This document shows positions 19,402 through 27,850 of a stretch of DNA of 27,850 nucleotides, in pieces (position 1 is the first letter of the stretch; each line of letters opens with the position of its first letter). The stretch spans positions 1 to 27,850 of the forward strand of contig JASFFK010000001.1 of assembly GCA_050124335.1 (NCBI GenBank). Direction: 5' to 3'. The stretch is from Chromatiales bacterium. Its GTDB lineage: Bacteria > Pseudomonadota > Gammaproteobacteria > Chromatiales > Chromatiaceae. The translations under genes were made by a program, and so were the position numbers. The notes beneath the pieces are model-generated. The model was not told the DNA's origin. It saw nothing but the letters and a program-made list of their open reading frames with translations, and did no database searches.

Positions 19402-21369
19402 TTATTCACCCAGGCCCATCTTGATGTAGCCAGTCGGGCAGACATCGGAACAGATGTGACAGCCGATGCAGCGGTCATAGTCGGTATCGACATAACGGCC
19501 GGTTGTCGCCTGGTCCTTCTTGACGCGGAAGACAGCATCCTGCGGGCAGAAAATTACGCAGTTGTCGCATTCGAAACACATTCCGCAGCTCATGCAACGC
19601 TTGGCTTCGTCTTGTGCCTGCGCCTCGTCGAGGCAGATCAGACGCTCCATGAAGTGACCCAGAACCTCGTCGGCACTCGGTACTTCCTCGCGACGCTTGT
19701 TGCGCTCGTGGTAGGCAAAGTGGCCGAGGAAGAGTTCGTCGTGCGGGATGATTTCCGCGAACGAACGGTCTTCGTAGTTATGGATTGCCCAGTTGCCGCT
19801 GGAGGTTCCGCGCAGATCGCCGCGCTCATCGATGCTGAAGTGCTCCGGACTCAGGCCTGCTTCGACAAGCTTGTCCTCGAGGTCGAAGTGGTGGACGTCG
19901 ACTTTCGGACGACGAGCCAGGTCGATCTTGCCGTTGTCGAGGAAGTCGTGGATGCTGTCAACAGCAATGGACGCCTGGCCGATAGCCGTTGTCAGCAGGT
20001 GCGGACGAACGATGTCGCCGGCAACGAAGTGCCCCGGACGGCTTGGCATCTGGTAGAACTTGTCGGCATCGAACAGGTTACGGTCGTTGGCCATCTCTTC
20101 CAGGCCATCGGTATCCCCGCCCTGGCCGATCGCGGAGACGACCAGGTCGGCTTCGATCAAGCGCTCGGTACCCTCGACGGGAACCGGGCGACCGTCTTCC
20201 ATCTTGCAATCCGCAACCCTCAGGCCGGTTGCGCGGCCGTCTTCGCCGATCTCGAGACCAACGGGCATGACGCCGTCGAGGATGGTGACGCCTTCATGCA
20301 GGGCATCGTGTACCTCGTGCTCGGCCGCGGTCATTTGCTCTTTCGGGAACAGCGAGGTCAGCGTGACTTCGGAACCCATGCTGGCAGCAGTGACTGCCGC
20401 ATCGTGCGAGACGAAACCGTCGTTGATGACCAGTTCCGGACGTTCGGCCGGGTTCGAGCTCTGGATGTTCCCGAGGCGGCGCGCAACCGAGACGACGTCG
20501 ATAGAGGTATCACCACCACCGACACAGACGACCTTGTCTGCCGTAACCTTCATGCGGCCTTCGTTGAAGGCTTTCAGGAAAGCGACGCCGGATACGCAGT
20601 TGGGCGCATCGTCCCAGCCCTCGAGCGGCAGACCGCGACCGGTCCAGCAGCCGATGGCCCAGAGGACGGCATCATGATTCTTGTCGATCTCCTCGACAGA
20701 GACGTCCTTGCCGACGCGGGTGTTGAGGTGTACCTCGATATCGCCCATGTCCAGGATACGCTGGATCTCTGCAGACAGCTTGTCGCGCGGGATCCGGTAG
20801 TTCGGGATACCGAAACGCATCATGCCGCCAAGGTCGGAAAGCGACTCGTAGATGGTGACCGCGTGGCCCTTGCGGCGCAGCTGGTAGGCTGCCGCCATGC
20901 CTGCCGGACCGCCACCGATGACGGCGACTTTCTTGCCTGTGCTTGCGCCGGCTACGAACTTGTAGCCTTTCTCGAGTGCGGTATCGCCGATGAACTGTTC
21001 GACGGAGTTGATACCGACATAGTCCTCGACCTCGTTGCGGTTACAACCGTCCTGGCAGGGTGCCGGGCAGACACGGCCCATCATGGACGGGAACGGGTTG
21101 GCATCGGTAGAACGCTGGAACGCGTATTCCTGCCACTCGACACCTTCCGGACCATGCTCCTGGCCACGAACGATCGCGAGCCAGCCACGGATATCCTCGC
21201 CGGACGGGCAGCTGCCCTGACAGGGAGGAGTTTTGTGGACATATGTCGGGCACTTGTGAGACGTATCTTCGTTGAAGATCTTGTCAGTAAAGCTATCCCA
21301 CTGGTTATCACCGTCTTCAAAACGGCGCCAGGAAAGTTTGGTGTTCATCTCATCGCTGGAAGTTGCCAT
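19402..21369 (-). CDS. dsrL: DsrL, iron-sulfur flavoprotein (NAD(P)H:sulfite reductase coupling), type 1A-like
   Basis: N-terminal PPCQGSCPSG and RVCPAPCQDGC; GGGPAG and GGGDTSID Rossmann motifs; C-terminal 2x[4Fe-4S] CMSCGMCFECDNC and CIGCHICSDVC; 655 aa. Confidence 0.96.
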   Translation of the reverse strand: MATSSDEMNTKLSWRRFEDGDNQWDSFTDKIFNEDTSHKCPTYVHKTPPCQGSCPSGEDIRGWLAIVRGQEHGPEGVEWQEYAFQRSTDANPFPSMMGRVCPAPCQDGCNRNEVEDYVGINSVEQFIGDTALEKGYKFVAGASTGKKVAVIGGGPAGMAAAYQLRRKGHAVTIYESLSDLGGMMRFGIPNYRIPRDKLSAEIQRILDMGDIEVHLNTRVGKDVSVEEIDKNHDAVLWAIGCWTGRGLPLEGWDDAPNCVSGVAFLKAFNEGRMKVTADKVVCVGGGDTSIDVVSVARRLGNIQSSNPAERPELVINDGFVSHDAAVTAASMGSEVTLTSLFPKEQMTAAEHEVHDALHEGVTILDGVMPVGLEIGEDGRATGLRVADCKMEDGRPVPVEGTERLIEADLVVSAIGQGGDTDGLEEMANDRNLFDADKFYQMPSRPGHFVAGDIVRPHLLTTAIGQASIAVDSIHDFLDNGKIDLARRPKVDVHHFDLEDKLVEAGLSPEHFSIDERGDLRGTSSGNWAIHNYEDRSFAEIIPHDELFLGHFAYHERNKRREEVPSADEVLGHFMERLICLDEAQAQDEAKRCMSCGMCFECDNCVIFCPQDAVFRVKKDQATTGRYVDTDYDRCIGCHICSDVCPTGYIKMGLGE

Positions 21370-21444
21370 CGATTATCTCCTTCCCGTAATCAATCTGTTT
21401 ACTGTTCAGTCACTAAAGAAATAGGTGATTGCGCGCCTGTCTTC

Positions 21445-22998
21445 TCAGGCCGCTTCTTCACCGGAATCTTCATCATCTTCATCTTCATCGGTCTGGCCGG
21501 TGAGGATGAGGGCGTTGGAAACAAGCTGGTGCACGCTCACGATCTGGTCCATGTCGAATCCGTAGTACGGCAGGATCTTCGTGAACTGGCTCTTGCAGAT
21601 CGCACAGATCGCAGCCATGTGTGTCACTCCCTGTTCCTCGGTAACCTGCTTGAGCGCTGTCATGCGCGGCAAACCGCCCTTGATACGCAGCTCCATCAGG
21701 TCGTCTGTGAGCAGACCGCCTCCGCCACCGCAGCAGAAGGTCTTCTCGTACAAGGTGTCGGGGTCCATGTCGACGAAGTTATTGCACACCGCCTTGATGA
21801 CGTTGCGCGGAATAATAAACTGGCCACCCGGCATGTCACCCATGCGCGAGGCGCGCGCAACGTTGCATGAGTCATGGTAGGTCAGGACCATGTCGTCGTT
21901 GCGTGACGGATCGAGATTCAGCGTCCCCTTCTGGATCTCGTTCCAGGTGAACTCGAGTATGTGCTGAGGAACCGGGTACTTCGGATCCAGGAAATCAAAC
22001 GGGCCGGCCAGGGTGTTCAGGAATGAATAGGCCACGCGCCATGCGTGCCCGCATTCACCGAAGATAATCCGCTTGACGCCAAGTTCCAGCGCTGCCTCGC
22101 GAATTCGCAGCGAGATCTTGCGCATGTTCTCGTAGGAACCGATGAACATGCCAAAGTTTGCCGCTTCCGACGCCTTGGAGCTCAGGGTCCAGCTGACGCC
22201 CGCCTCATGGAAAACCTTGCCGTAACCCATGAGTCCGTCGACATGCGGTTCTGCAAAGAAGTCTGCCGAAGGCGTCACCAGCAGGATATCGGCACCTTTC
22301 TCATCGAGCGGGAAGCGGACCTTGACGCCGGTTTCGTCCTCGACATCCTCTTCGAGACCTTCCAGGGTGTCAGCCAGTGCCGGCTCCGGCAGGCCGAGGT
22401 TGTTACCGATCTTGAAGACCTTGCCGATGATCTCGTTGGAGTATTTCTGGCCGATCCCGACACGCGCCAGCACCTCGCGTGCTGCCATGGTGATCTCTGC
22501 GGTGTCGATGCCGTATGGGCAGAAGACAGAGCAGCGGCGGCACTGGGAGCACTGGTGATAGTAGCTGAACCAGGTGTCCAGGTCTTCGCGCTCAAGATCC
22601 TTTGCGCCAACGAAGCTCGCCATGCCAAGCTTGCCGAAGAACTTGCCGGCAAAGGTGAAATAACGGCGGTAAACCTTGCGCATCAGGTCCTGGCGAGCGA
22701 CCGGCATATTGAGCGGATCCTTGGTGCCCAGGTAGTAGTGGCACTTGTCGGTACAGGCACCGCACTTGACACAGGAATCCATGAAGACCTGCAGTCCCCG
22801 GTATTTTCCGAGCAGGTCGTCCATTGCCTCGAGCGTTTTCTCTTTCCAGTCGTCCGGCACTTCACCGGTGTAGCCCAGTGGCTCCTGGAATTGAGGCTTC
22901 GCAACAAACGGCGAGCTGTGCGCCATCGTGCCCGGAGTCACATCGGGAACTTCGATGTATTCCTCGATTTCCGGTATTTCAAATTCAGCTTTTGCCAT
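21445..22998 (-). CDS. dsrK: DsrK, HdrD-like Fe-S subunit
   Basis: CVKCGACTDKC and CSQCRRCSVFCP ferredoxin motifs; ECGHAWR; CCGGGGG CCG motif; CAIC. Confidence 0.96.
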   Translation of the reverse strand: MAKAEFEIPEIEEYIEVPDVTPGTMAHSSPFVAKPQFQEPLGYTGEVPDDWKEKTLEAMDDLLGKYRGLQVFMDSCVKCGACTDKCHYYLGTKDPLNMPVARQDLMRKVYRRYFTFAGKFFGKLGMASFVGAKDLEREDLDTWFSYYHQCSQCRRCSVFCPYGIDTAEITMAAREVLARVGIGQKYSNEIIGKVFKIGNNLGLPEPALADTLEGLEEDVEDETGVKVRFPLDEKGADILLVTPSADFFAEPHVDGLMGYGKVFHEAGVSWTLSSKASEAANFGMFIGSYENMRKISLRIREAALELGVKRIIFGECGHAWRVAYSFLNTLAGPFDFLDPKYPVPQHILEFTWNEIQKGTLNLDPSRNDDMVLTYHDSCNVARASRMGDMPGGQFIIPRNVIKAVCNNFVDMDPDTLYEKTFCCGGGGGLLTDDLMELRIKGGLPRMTALKQVTEEQGVTHMAAICAICKSQFTKILPYYGFDMDQIVSVHQLVSNALILTGQTDEDEDDEDSGEEAA

Positions 22999-23033
22999 GA
23001 GTGTTCCTCAGGAGGCCTTTCTCTCGTGCCAAA

Positions 23034-23753
23034 TCAGTTCTGTTCAAGCTTCTTCGCCCAGTCGACAACATGGCGCTGTTCGCGGGGATTGTCGACCATG
23101 TTGCGCGACGGGCTGAAGAACACCCCGGGCGCATGCAGCAGCTTGCTGATCGGGAAGACGATCATCAGCGCGACGACCAGCAGCAGGTGTATCCACAAAA
23201 CCGGATCGCCAGGCAGCTCGGGAATCCCGCCAAAGGGCCAGATCACCGAGCGGAAGTAATGCGTCACAGCGGTGACGTCCGTGTGCCAGACAAAAGTCAT
23301 CATGATGCCGCTGAGCCCGATCAGGATCAGCAGAATGAGCATGGCGATATCCGACGGCGACGTGATGTAGCGCACGCGGTCGACAAAGAGACGGCGCGCG
23401 AGCAGGCCAAACAGGCCGATCACCATGGCAAACCCTGCATACTTCAGTGGGCCAACCAGCTCGGCAGGCATCCAGGAGTTGAAGTAGCGGCTGTGGCGGG
23501 CGAGTTCTGCGAACAGGCCCATGTGAAACATCCAGCCAAAGATCCATGTCCACTTGGTAGACTTGAACAGGCTTTCGAAAAACACCACCTCGCGGAACAT
23601 GCGCAGAACGACACCGGTCTGCGTGGTCGGAGCAGGCGTTGTTGGTATCTTGAGCGGTGCGGGCGCCTTTACATACTTGATGATGCGACGTGTGACACCG
23701 ATTACCAGCACTGCAAGTGCGAAATAGAACAGTAAGGCAAACGCCAAGGACAT
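23034..23753 (-). CDS. dsrM: DsrM, NarI-like b-type cytochrome
   Basis: Five TM helices with heme-ligand His (WMFHMG, RHSRYF, WIHLLL, KLLHAPG). Confidence 0.95.
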   Translation of the reverse strand: MSLAFALLFYFALAVLVIGVTRRIIKYVKAPAPLKIPTTPAPTTQTGVVLRMFREVVFFESLFKSTKWTWIFGWMFHMGLFAELARHSRYFNSWMPAELVGPLKYAGFAMVIGLFGLLARRLFVDRVRYITSPSDIAMLILLILIGLSGIMMTFVWHTDVTAVTHYFRSVIWPFGGIPELPGDPVLWIHLLLVVALMIVFPISKLLHAPGVFFSPSRNMVDNPREQRHVVDWAKKLEQN

Positions 23754-23818
23754 GTTCCCTAACCCTCGTTTTCCTGGCCGCTCGCTCGCTGCGGGCCACC
23801 AGTCTTGAATCTTGTGCG

Positions 23819-23870
23819 GGCGGGGCCAGGGCCCCGCCTCTTTACGATCCCGCCTGGAACCAGGCAGGAT
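23819..23870 (-). other. Two adjacent GC-rich hairpins in the dsrC-dsrM spacer
   Basis: GGCGGGGC-cagg-GCCCCGCC (23819-23838, + strand) and, on minus, ATCCTGCCTGG-TT-CCAGGCGGGAT (23870-23847) with one G.U pair; no long U tract. Confidence 0.65.
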
Positions 23871-23884
23871 TCATGCGCGCGTGA

Positions 23885-24217
23885 TCAGACGCAGCCGGTC
23901 GGCTTCGGCAGGCCAGCATAGCGGCAAGCCTGCTTGCCGGGACCGTAAGGAAACAGGCCGTACAGGTACTTGCTGTTGCCCTTGTCCTTGCCAAGCTTCT
24001 TGGCGACTGCCTTGGTCAGAACGCGTACTGCCGGAGCAATCTGATACTCTTCGTAGTACTCGCGCAGGAAGTTGATGATGTCCCAGTGCTCGTCGGTCAG
24101 CTCGAGATCATCTTCTTTCGCCATGACTTCAGCGACACCAGGAACCCACTGAGTGATGTCAGCGAGGTATCCCTCTTCATCAGTTTCGAGGACATTGCCG
24201 TCTACTTCGATACCCAT
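23885..24217 (-). CDS. dsrC: Sulfur carrier DsrC
   Basis: C-terminal QACRYAGLPKPTGCV with both conserved Cys, which distinguishes it from TusE/RpsA-type paralogues; GAGGAG SD. Confidence 0.97.
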   Translation of the reverse strand: MGIEVDGNVLETDEEGYLADITQWVPGVAEVMAKEDDLELTDEHWDIINFLREYYEEYQIAPAVRVLTKAVAKKLGKDKGNSKYLYGLFPYGPGKQACRYAGLPKPTGCV

Positions 24218-24254
24218 TGTCTTTTCTCCTCTTTCAGAAAAAGTGTGATCAGGA

Positions 24255-24551
24255 TCACAGCCAGGACTGTGATTTGTCAGTTGCTTCTACCAGGTCGACA
24301 AAACCGCCGTAATCAACGACGGAAACACCGTCAACCAGCTTGTCTACTCCGATACCCCTGGCAGCCAGGTCCGCTCCAAGTACGGAGACTGTCTTGCCCT
24401 CGAGATTTCCGGCAGCCGCGCCGCCCTTGATCGCGGCGTAAACGCCGTCTTCGATCAGCAGCAGCGTATCGCCGTCTGTCATGTGGCCGACAGCAGCCGC
24501 CAGGCTGTTGCGCTCGTAAGGGGATTTATTAACGATATGTAACATTGACAT
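24255..24551 (-). CDS. dsrH: DsrH (TusB-like subunit of DsrEFH)
   Basis: MLHIVNKSP, LLLIEDGVYAA, DLAARG, VDYGGFVDL, C-terminal SWL. Confidence 0.93.
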   Translation of the reverse strand: MSMLHIVNKSPYERNSLAAAVGHMTDGDTLLLIEDGVYAAIKGGAAAGNLEGKTVSVLGADLAARGIGVDKLVDGVSVVDYGGFVDLVEATDKSQSWL

Positions 24552-24563
24552 GACGAATACCCC

Positions 24564-24971
24564 TCAGAAATTGAACAGGATGTCTTGCCCGGCGAGCACG
24601 TCGGCCATTTCGGCACGGCTCACGAGGCGAATTGAATCCTTCTCTGCCCAGTCGTCATCTTCATCTTCCCAGACGAGATGCTGCAGGTCATCGAGCGTGA
24701 GACCACGCTCTTCGAGTGACTCTTTCTCGACATAGATCTTGTTCACTTCGTAATCCCCGAGTGCGGAATAGGTCGGTGAAAAGTTTTTCATGTCGATTCC
24801 GGAAGTATCCTGCCCCTTGGTCAGCTGGTAGACACCGTCATCGATGAACGCCAGGCTGACATCCTGCTCGAATGCAGCACCGATCAGAACGACTTCGAGA
24901 GACTCCCAGGCGTAGATAGTGCCGTAAGGAGCGCGGCGATTGACATACATGAATTTCTTTATTTCTGACAT
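24564..24971 (-). CDS. dsrF: DsrF (TusC-like subunit)
   Basis: RRAPYGTIYAWESLE, FIDDGVYQL, and the acidic EDEDDD insertion typical of sulfur-oxidizer DsrF. Confidence 0.95.
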   Translation of the reverse strand: MSEIKKFMYVNRRAPYGTIYAWESLEVVLIGAAFEQDVSLAFIDDGVYQLTKGQDTSGIDMKNFSPTYSALGDYEVNKIYVEKESLEERGLTLDDLQHLVWEDEDDDWAEKDSIRLVSRAEMADVLAGQDILFNF

Positions 24972-24981
24972 CGCTCTCTCC

Positions 24982-25374
24982 TCAGTCCCCGAAAACGACC
25001 AGACGGTCTGACTGGATGCCGCCCTCGATCAGCTGACCGAGACCGGAAATACGGAAACCCGGCGCAATATTGGTCGCATCCTTGCGGTTGCGCTCCGCCT
25101 CGCCATCGTCAACGATGCCGCGGCGCTGTGCCGCGGCAACGCAGATGACCAGATCAAGATCGTGCTCGGCAGCCAGTTCACTCCAGCGCTTGACAATATT
25201 GCGATCGTCCTGCGGTGGCGTGGTCAGGCGCGTACCGTTGTTGACACCATCGTGGTAGAAGAAGACACGAAAAATCTCGTGCCCCTTCTCGAGTGCTGCC
25301 TTCGTGAAGTGATAGGCCGTATCAGACGACTGGTGCTGATAGGGCCCCTCATTGACCTGAATTGTCAGCTTCAT
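24982..25374 (-). CDS. dsrE: DsrE (TusD-like subunit)
   Basis: VFFYHDGVNN, Cys78 in CVAAAQRRG, SGLGQL. Confidence 0.96.
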   Translation of the reverse strand: MKLTIQVNEGPYQHQSSDTAYHFTKAALEKGHEIFRVFFYHDGVNNGTRLTTPPQDDRNIVKRWSELAAEHDLDLVICVAAAQRRGIVDDGEAERNRKDATNIAPGFRISGLGQLIEGGIQSDRLVVFGD

Positions 25375-25397
25375 TGCTTCTTACTCCGGACAGCCGA

Positions 25398-26468
25398 TCA
25401 GAAGCGGATGTGCGCTGAAGAATTCAGGCTCTTGCGAGCACCACGCCAGTTGTCAATGTGGTACTTGGTGAACGGCAGCTCGACTTCCTCGAAGAAACGC
25501 GGCCAGCCGATACGCTCGATCCACTCGTTGATGCGCTCCCAGTCACGTGCACCCTCTTTGTAAGCCTTGAGGATACGCTTGACGATGGCGGTCGCTTCCG
25601 GCCAGCGCGGCGGGTTGTTCGGGATGCCCGCAGCAACCAGTTTCTGGAATGTCGGCTTGCCACGCGCGTTGGAGTGGTTACCACCAACCCAGATCGCCAG
25701 CTTGGTGTGCTCGGCGTCGTTGATCTGCATCGGAGGACACGGCGGGAAGCAGGCACCGCAGCAGATGCACTTCTTCTCGTCAACTTCGAGTGACGGCTTG
25801 CCGTTGACCATGGCAGGACGAATTGCGGCAACCGGGCAACGGGCGACAACGGAAGGACGCTCGCAAACCTTGGAAACCATGTCATGGTTGATCTTCGGCG
25901 GCTTGGTGTGCTGCACGTTGATCGCGATATCGCCCTGGCCGCCACAGTTGATCTGGCAGCAGGAGGTCGTGATATGTACACGGTTTGGCATCTCCGCCTT
26001 GCGGAATTCGCCAATGAGCTCGTCCATCATGGACTTCACTACGCCCGATGCATCGGTGCCAGGGATGTCGCAGTGCAGCCAGCCCTGGGTGTGAGAAAGG
26101 GTCGTAACCGAGTTCTGGGTACCACCCACGATGAAACCCTCTTCTTCCAGCTTGGCGATCAACGGCTCGACGCGAGACTCTTCGGTGACGAAGAATTCCG
26201 GGTTGGAACGGATCGTGAAGCGGATGAAGCCATCAGAGTAGTTGTCCGCGATGTCACACAGCTTGCGCAGGGTGAACAGGTCGAGGATACGCTGTGTACC
26301 GGCCTTGATGGTCCAGATCTTGTCGCCATTCTTGGCAACGTGCAGCAGGACGCCGGGGCGCGGATGCTCGTGGTAAGCCCACAGTCCGAAGTTGCGACGC
26401 ATCATCGGATGCATGTACTGAAAAGGATCTGGGCAGCCCGTTTCGATGGGGTCACGCATTTCTGCCAT
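25398..26468 (-). CDS. dsrB: Reverse dissimilatory sulfite reductase beta subunit
   Basis: HTQGWLHCDIPGTDASG, SCCQINCGG, ferredoxin CICCGAC, W.RFFE; oxidative-type N-terminus. Confidence 0.97.
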   Translation of the reverse strand: MAEMRDPIETGCPDPFQYMHPMMRRNFGLWAYHEHPRPGVLLHVAKNGDKIWTIKAGTQRILDLFTLRKLCDIADNYSDGFIRFTIRSNPEFFVTEESRVEPLIAKLEEEGFIVGGTQNSVTTLSHTQGWLHCDIPGTDASGVVKSMMDELIGEFRKAEMPNRVHITTSCCQINCGGQGDIAINVQHTKPPKINHDMVSKVCERPSVVARCPVAAIRPAMVNGKPSLEVDEKKCICCGACFPPCPPMQINDAEHTKLAIWVGGNHSNARGKPTFQKLVAAGIPNNPPRWPEATAIVKRILKAYKEGARDWERINEWIERIGWPRFFEEVELPFTKYHIDNWRGARKSLNSSAHIRF

Positions 26469-26507
26469 TTTCTATCTCCAGAATCTTGGAATAAAACATC
26501 TCTGTCC

Positions 26508-26526
26508 GGCGGGCGGAACGCCCGCC
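26508..26526. other. GC-rich hairpin in the dsrA-dsrB spacer
   Basis: Perfect 8-bp inverted repeat GGCGGGCG-gaa-CGCCCGCC; no U tract on the coding strand. Confidence 0.55.
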
Positions 26527-26561
26527 AGTCACATACTCAGTGGATCGGCCAGTTCAGCAGC

Positions 26562-27809
26562 TCAGGAAGCTTCCGCCTGACGATCGAACCACTTGACCGC
26601 TTCGTCGTCCCAGCCATCCATACGGACGTAGGAGCTCTGACGCGGCTCGTTGACCATGTTCGGATCGACCTCGACGCCGACACCTTCCAGGAAGTTGACC
26701 AGGCCGATACGCTCGATCATCTCGCCGCAGCGCTCGTGCTCGAGTGCATTCTCGGCCCAGAAGTCGATGATCTCTTCCGCAAGCTCGACCAGGGACTCCC
26801 AGTCTTCCTCGGTTTCCAGTTTCTTGAAAGGAACCACGACGGTACCCATCAGGTCGCCGATCTTCAGCGTACGCTTGCCGCCGATGAGGATGGTGACACC
26901 GCGGTCGTCGCCGGGATGCAGCGCTTTAGGCATGACGTTCAGGCAGTGCATGCAGCGGACACAGTCCTTGTTGTTGACGTCGAGGGTATCGTCGTCTTTC
27001 AGGGACAGCGCATTCGTCGGGCAACGCGTGACAACATTGTCGATGATGTACTCGCGGCCTTTCTTGGCGACATAGTTCTTGACTTCGTCCTGGTTGACTT
27101 TCATTTCGTCACGCCAGGTACCGATGACAGCAAAGTCAGCACGCTCGACGGCGTTCTGGCAGTCATTCGGGCAACCCGAGATCTTGAACTTGAACTTGTA
27201 GGGAAGGGCCGGACGGTGAACGTCGTCGGTGAAGTTGTTGACGAGCAGGCGGTGCGCCTTCTGCTCGTTGGTGCAGGACATTTCGCAACGCGCCGCGCCA
27301 ACGCAGGACATCGCCGTACGGACACAGGGCCCGGCACCGCCGAGGTCCCAGCCGTAGTCGTTGATCTCGTCGAAGAAGTGCTGCGTGTTGACGGTATCGG
27401 TACCGATGAACATGATGTTACCGGTCTGGCCATGGAAAGTGACCAGGCCCGAACCATACTTTTCCCAGCTGTCAGCCAGCTGGCGCAGCATGTCGGTGCT
27501 GTAGTGGTTACCCGCCGGCGGCTGAACGCGCAGCGTGTGGAATTCTTTCGACTCCGGGAATGCGTGGCCGACCTCGGAGAAGCGCGGGATGATACCGCCA
27601 CCATACTGATAGACAGAGACTGTTCCGCCTTTCCAGTAACCCTTGCGGGTTTCATATGAATGTTCCAGCTGACCCAGGAGGTCACCAGTCACTCTGTTAA
27701 TACGCTCATCCGGGTGCTCGTCGCGCAGACGCTTGATACCGGAGATAAAGCTCGGCCATGGACCGCTTTCCAGCTGGTCCAGCATCGGAGTATGGTGTTT
27801 CGTTGCCAT
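26562..27809 (-). CDS. dsrA: Reverse dissimilatory sulfite reductase alpha subunit
   Basis: LDQLESGPWPSF, HSYETRKGYWKGG, siroheme/[4Fe-4S] CX5C (CVGAARC) and CX3C (CPNDC), CVRCMHC; AAGGAG SD; dsrEFH and dsrL neighbours indicate the oxidative type. Confidence 0.98.
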   Translation of the reverse strand: MATKHHTPMLDQLESGPWPSFISGIKRLRDEHPDERINRVTGDLLGQLEHSYETRKGYWKGGTVSVYQYGGGIIPRFSEVGHAFPESKEFHTLRVQPPAGNHYSTDMLRQLADSWEKYGSGLVTFHGQTGNIMFIGTDTVNTQHFFDEINDYGWDLGGAGPCVRTAMSCVGAARCEMSCTNEQKAHRLLVNNFTDDVHRPALPYKFKFKISGCPNDCQNAVERADFAVIGTWRDEMKVNQDEVKNYVAKKGREYIIDNVVTRCPTNALSLKDDDTLDVNNKDCVRCMHCLNVMPKALHPGDDRGVTILIGGKRTLKIGDLMGTVVVPFKKLETEEDWESLVELAEEIIDFWAENALEHERCGEMIERIGLVNFLEGVGVEVDPNMVNEPRQSSYVRMDGWDDEAVKWFDRQAEAS

Positions 27810-27850
27810 GTGGTTGGTTCTCCTTGACTGAAGACGCTATAGTTTTGAAT

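Noticed and set aside
21445-21490. Acidic C-terminal tail of DsrK (DEDEDDEDSGEEAA)
   Set aside because: Short low-complexity tail with no evidence of a distinct function; cannot show it is unusual without an alignment.
19456-21870. 804-aa ORF on + antisense to dsrL/dsrK
   Set aside because: No recognisable domain. It is the in-register shadow of strongly biased GC-rich codons on the minus strand, where antisense stops are rare.
23847-23887. UGA stop of dsrC followed by a hairpin, as a possible SECIS/selenocysteine read-through
   Set aside because: DsrC needs its Cys at the penultimate position and the protein ends at the canonical GCV; the hairpin is better explained as an mRNA structural element.
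25884-27659. 591-aa ORF on + antisense to dsrAB
   Set aside because: Same shadow effect; no motifs, SD or promoter support.

Overview
GC-rich gammaproteobacterial chromosome segment from a probable sulfur oxidizer; the proteins resemble those of Chromatiales and sulfur-oxidizing symbionts (inference from protein features, no taxonomy search run). The right half (14075-27809, minus strand) is a complete, apparently intact reverse (oxidative) dissimilatory sulfite reductase cluster, dsrABEFHCMKLJOPNRS, in the 15-gene order known from Allochromatium vinosum. It runs into a housekeeping block (dapA-bamC-MBL hydrolase-purL). The left part holds a DUF2238 membrane protein, a PsiE-family protein, a type I sulfide:quinone oxidoreductase, an HU-like protein, a ketohexokinase-like kinase/Rieske/orphan CbiM-like trio, a DUF350-lytic transglycosylase pair, and a 5'-truncated low-complexity ORF. 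I saw no tRNA, rRNA, CRISPR array, integrase or transposase. Most of the window is known biology and I cannot support a wholly new multi-gene system. The best leads are: (i) the edge ORF, which combines a Q/E/R/M coiled coil with PYGYG-type motifs and looks like a sulfur-globule-type protein; (ii) a strong intrinsic terminator inside the dsr cluster just before an SD-less dsrN; (iii) a cysteine-free DsrH; (iv) a canonical sigma70 promoter for sqr overlapped by an inverted repeat and an IHF-like site; (v) the kinase-Rieske-orphan ECF S-component trio.
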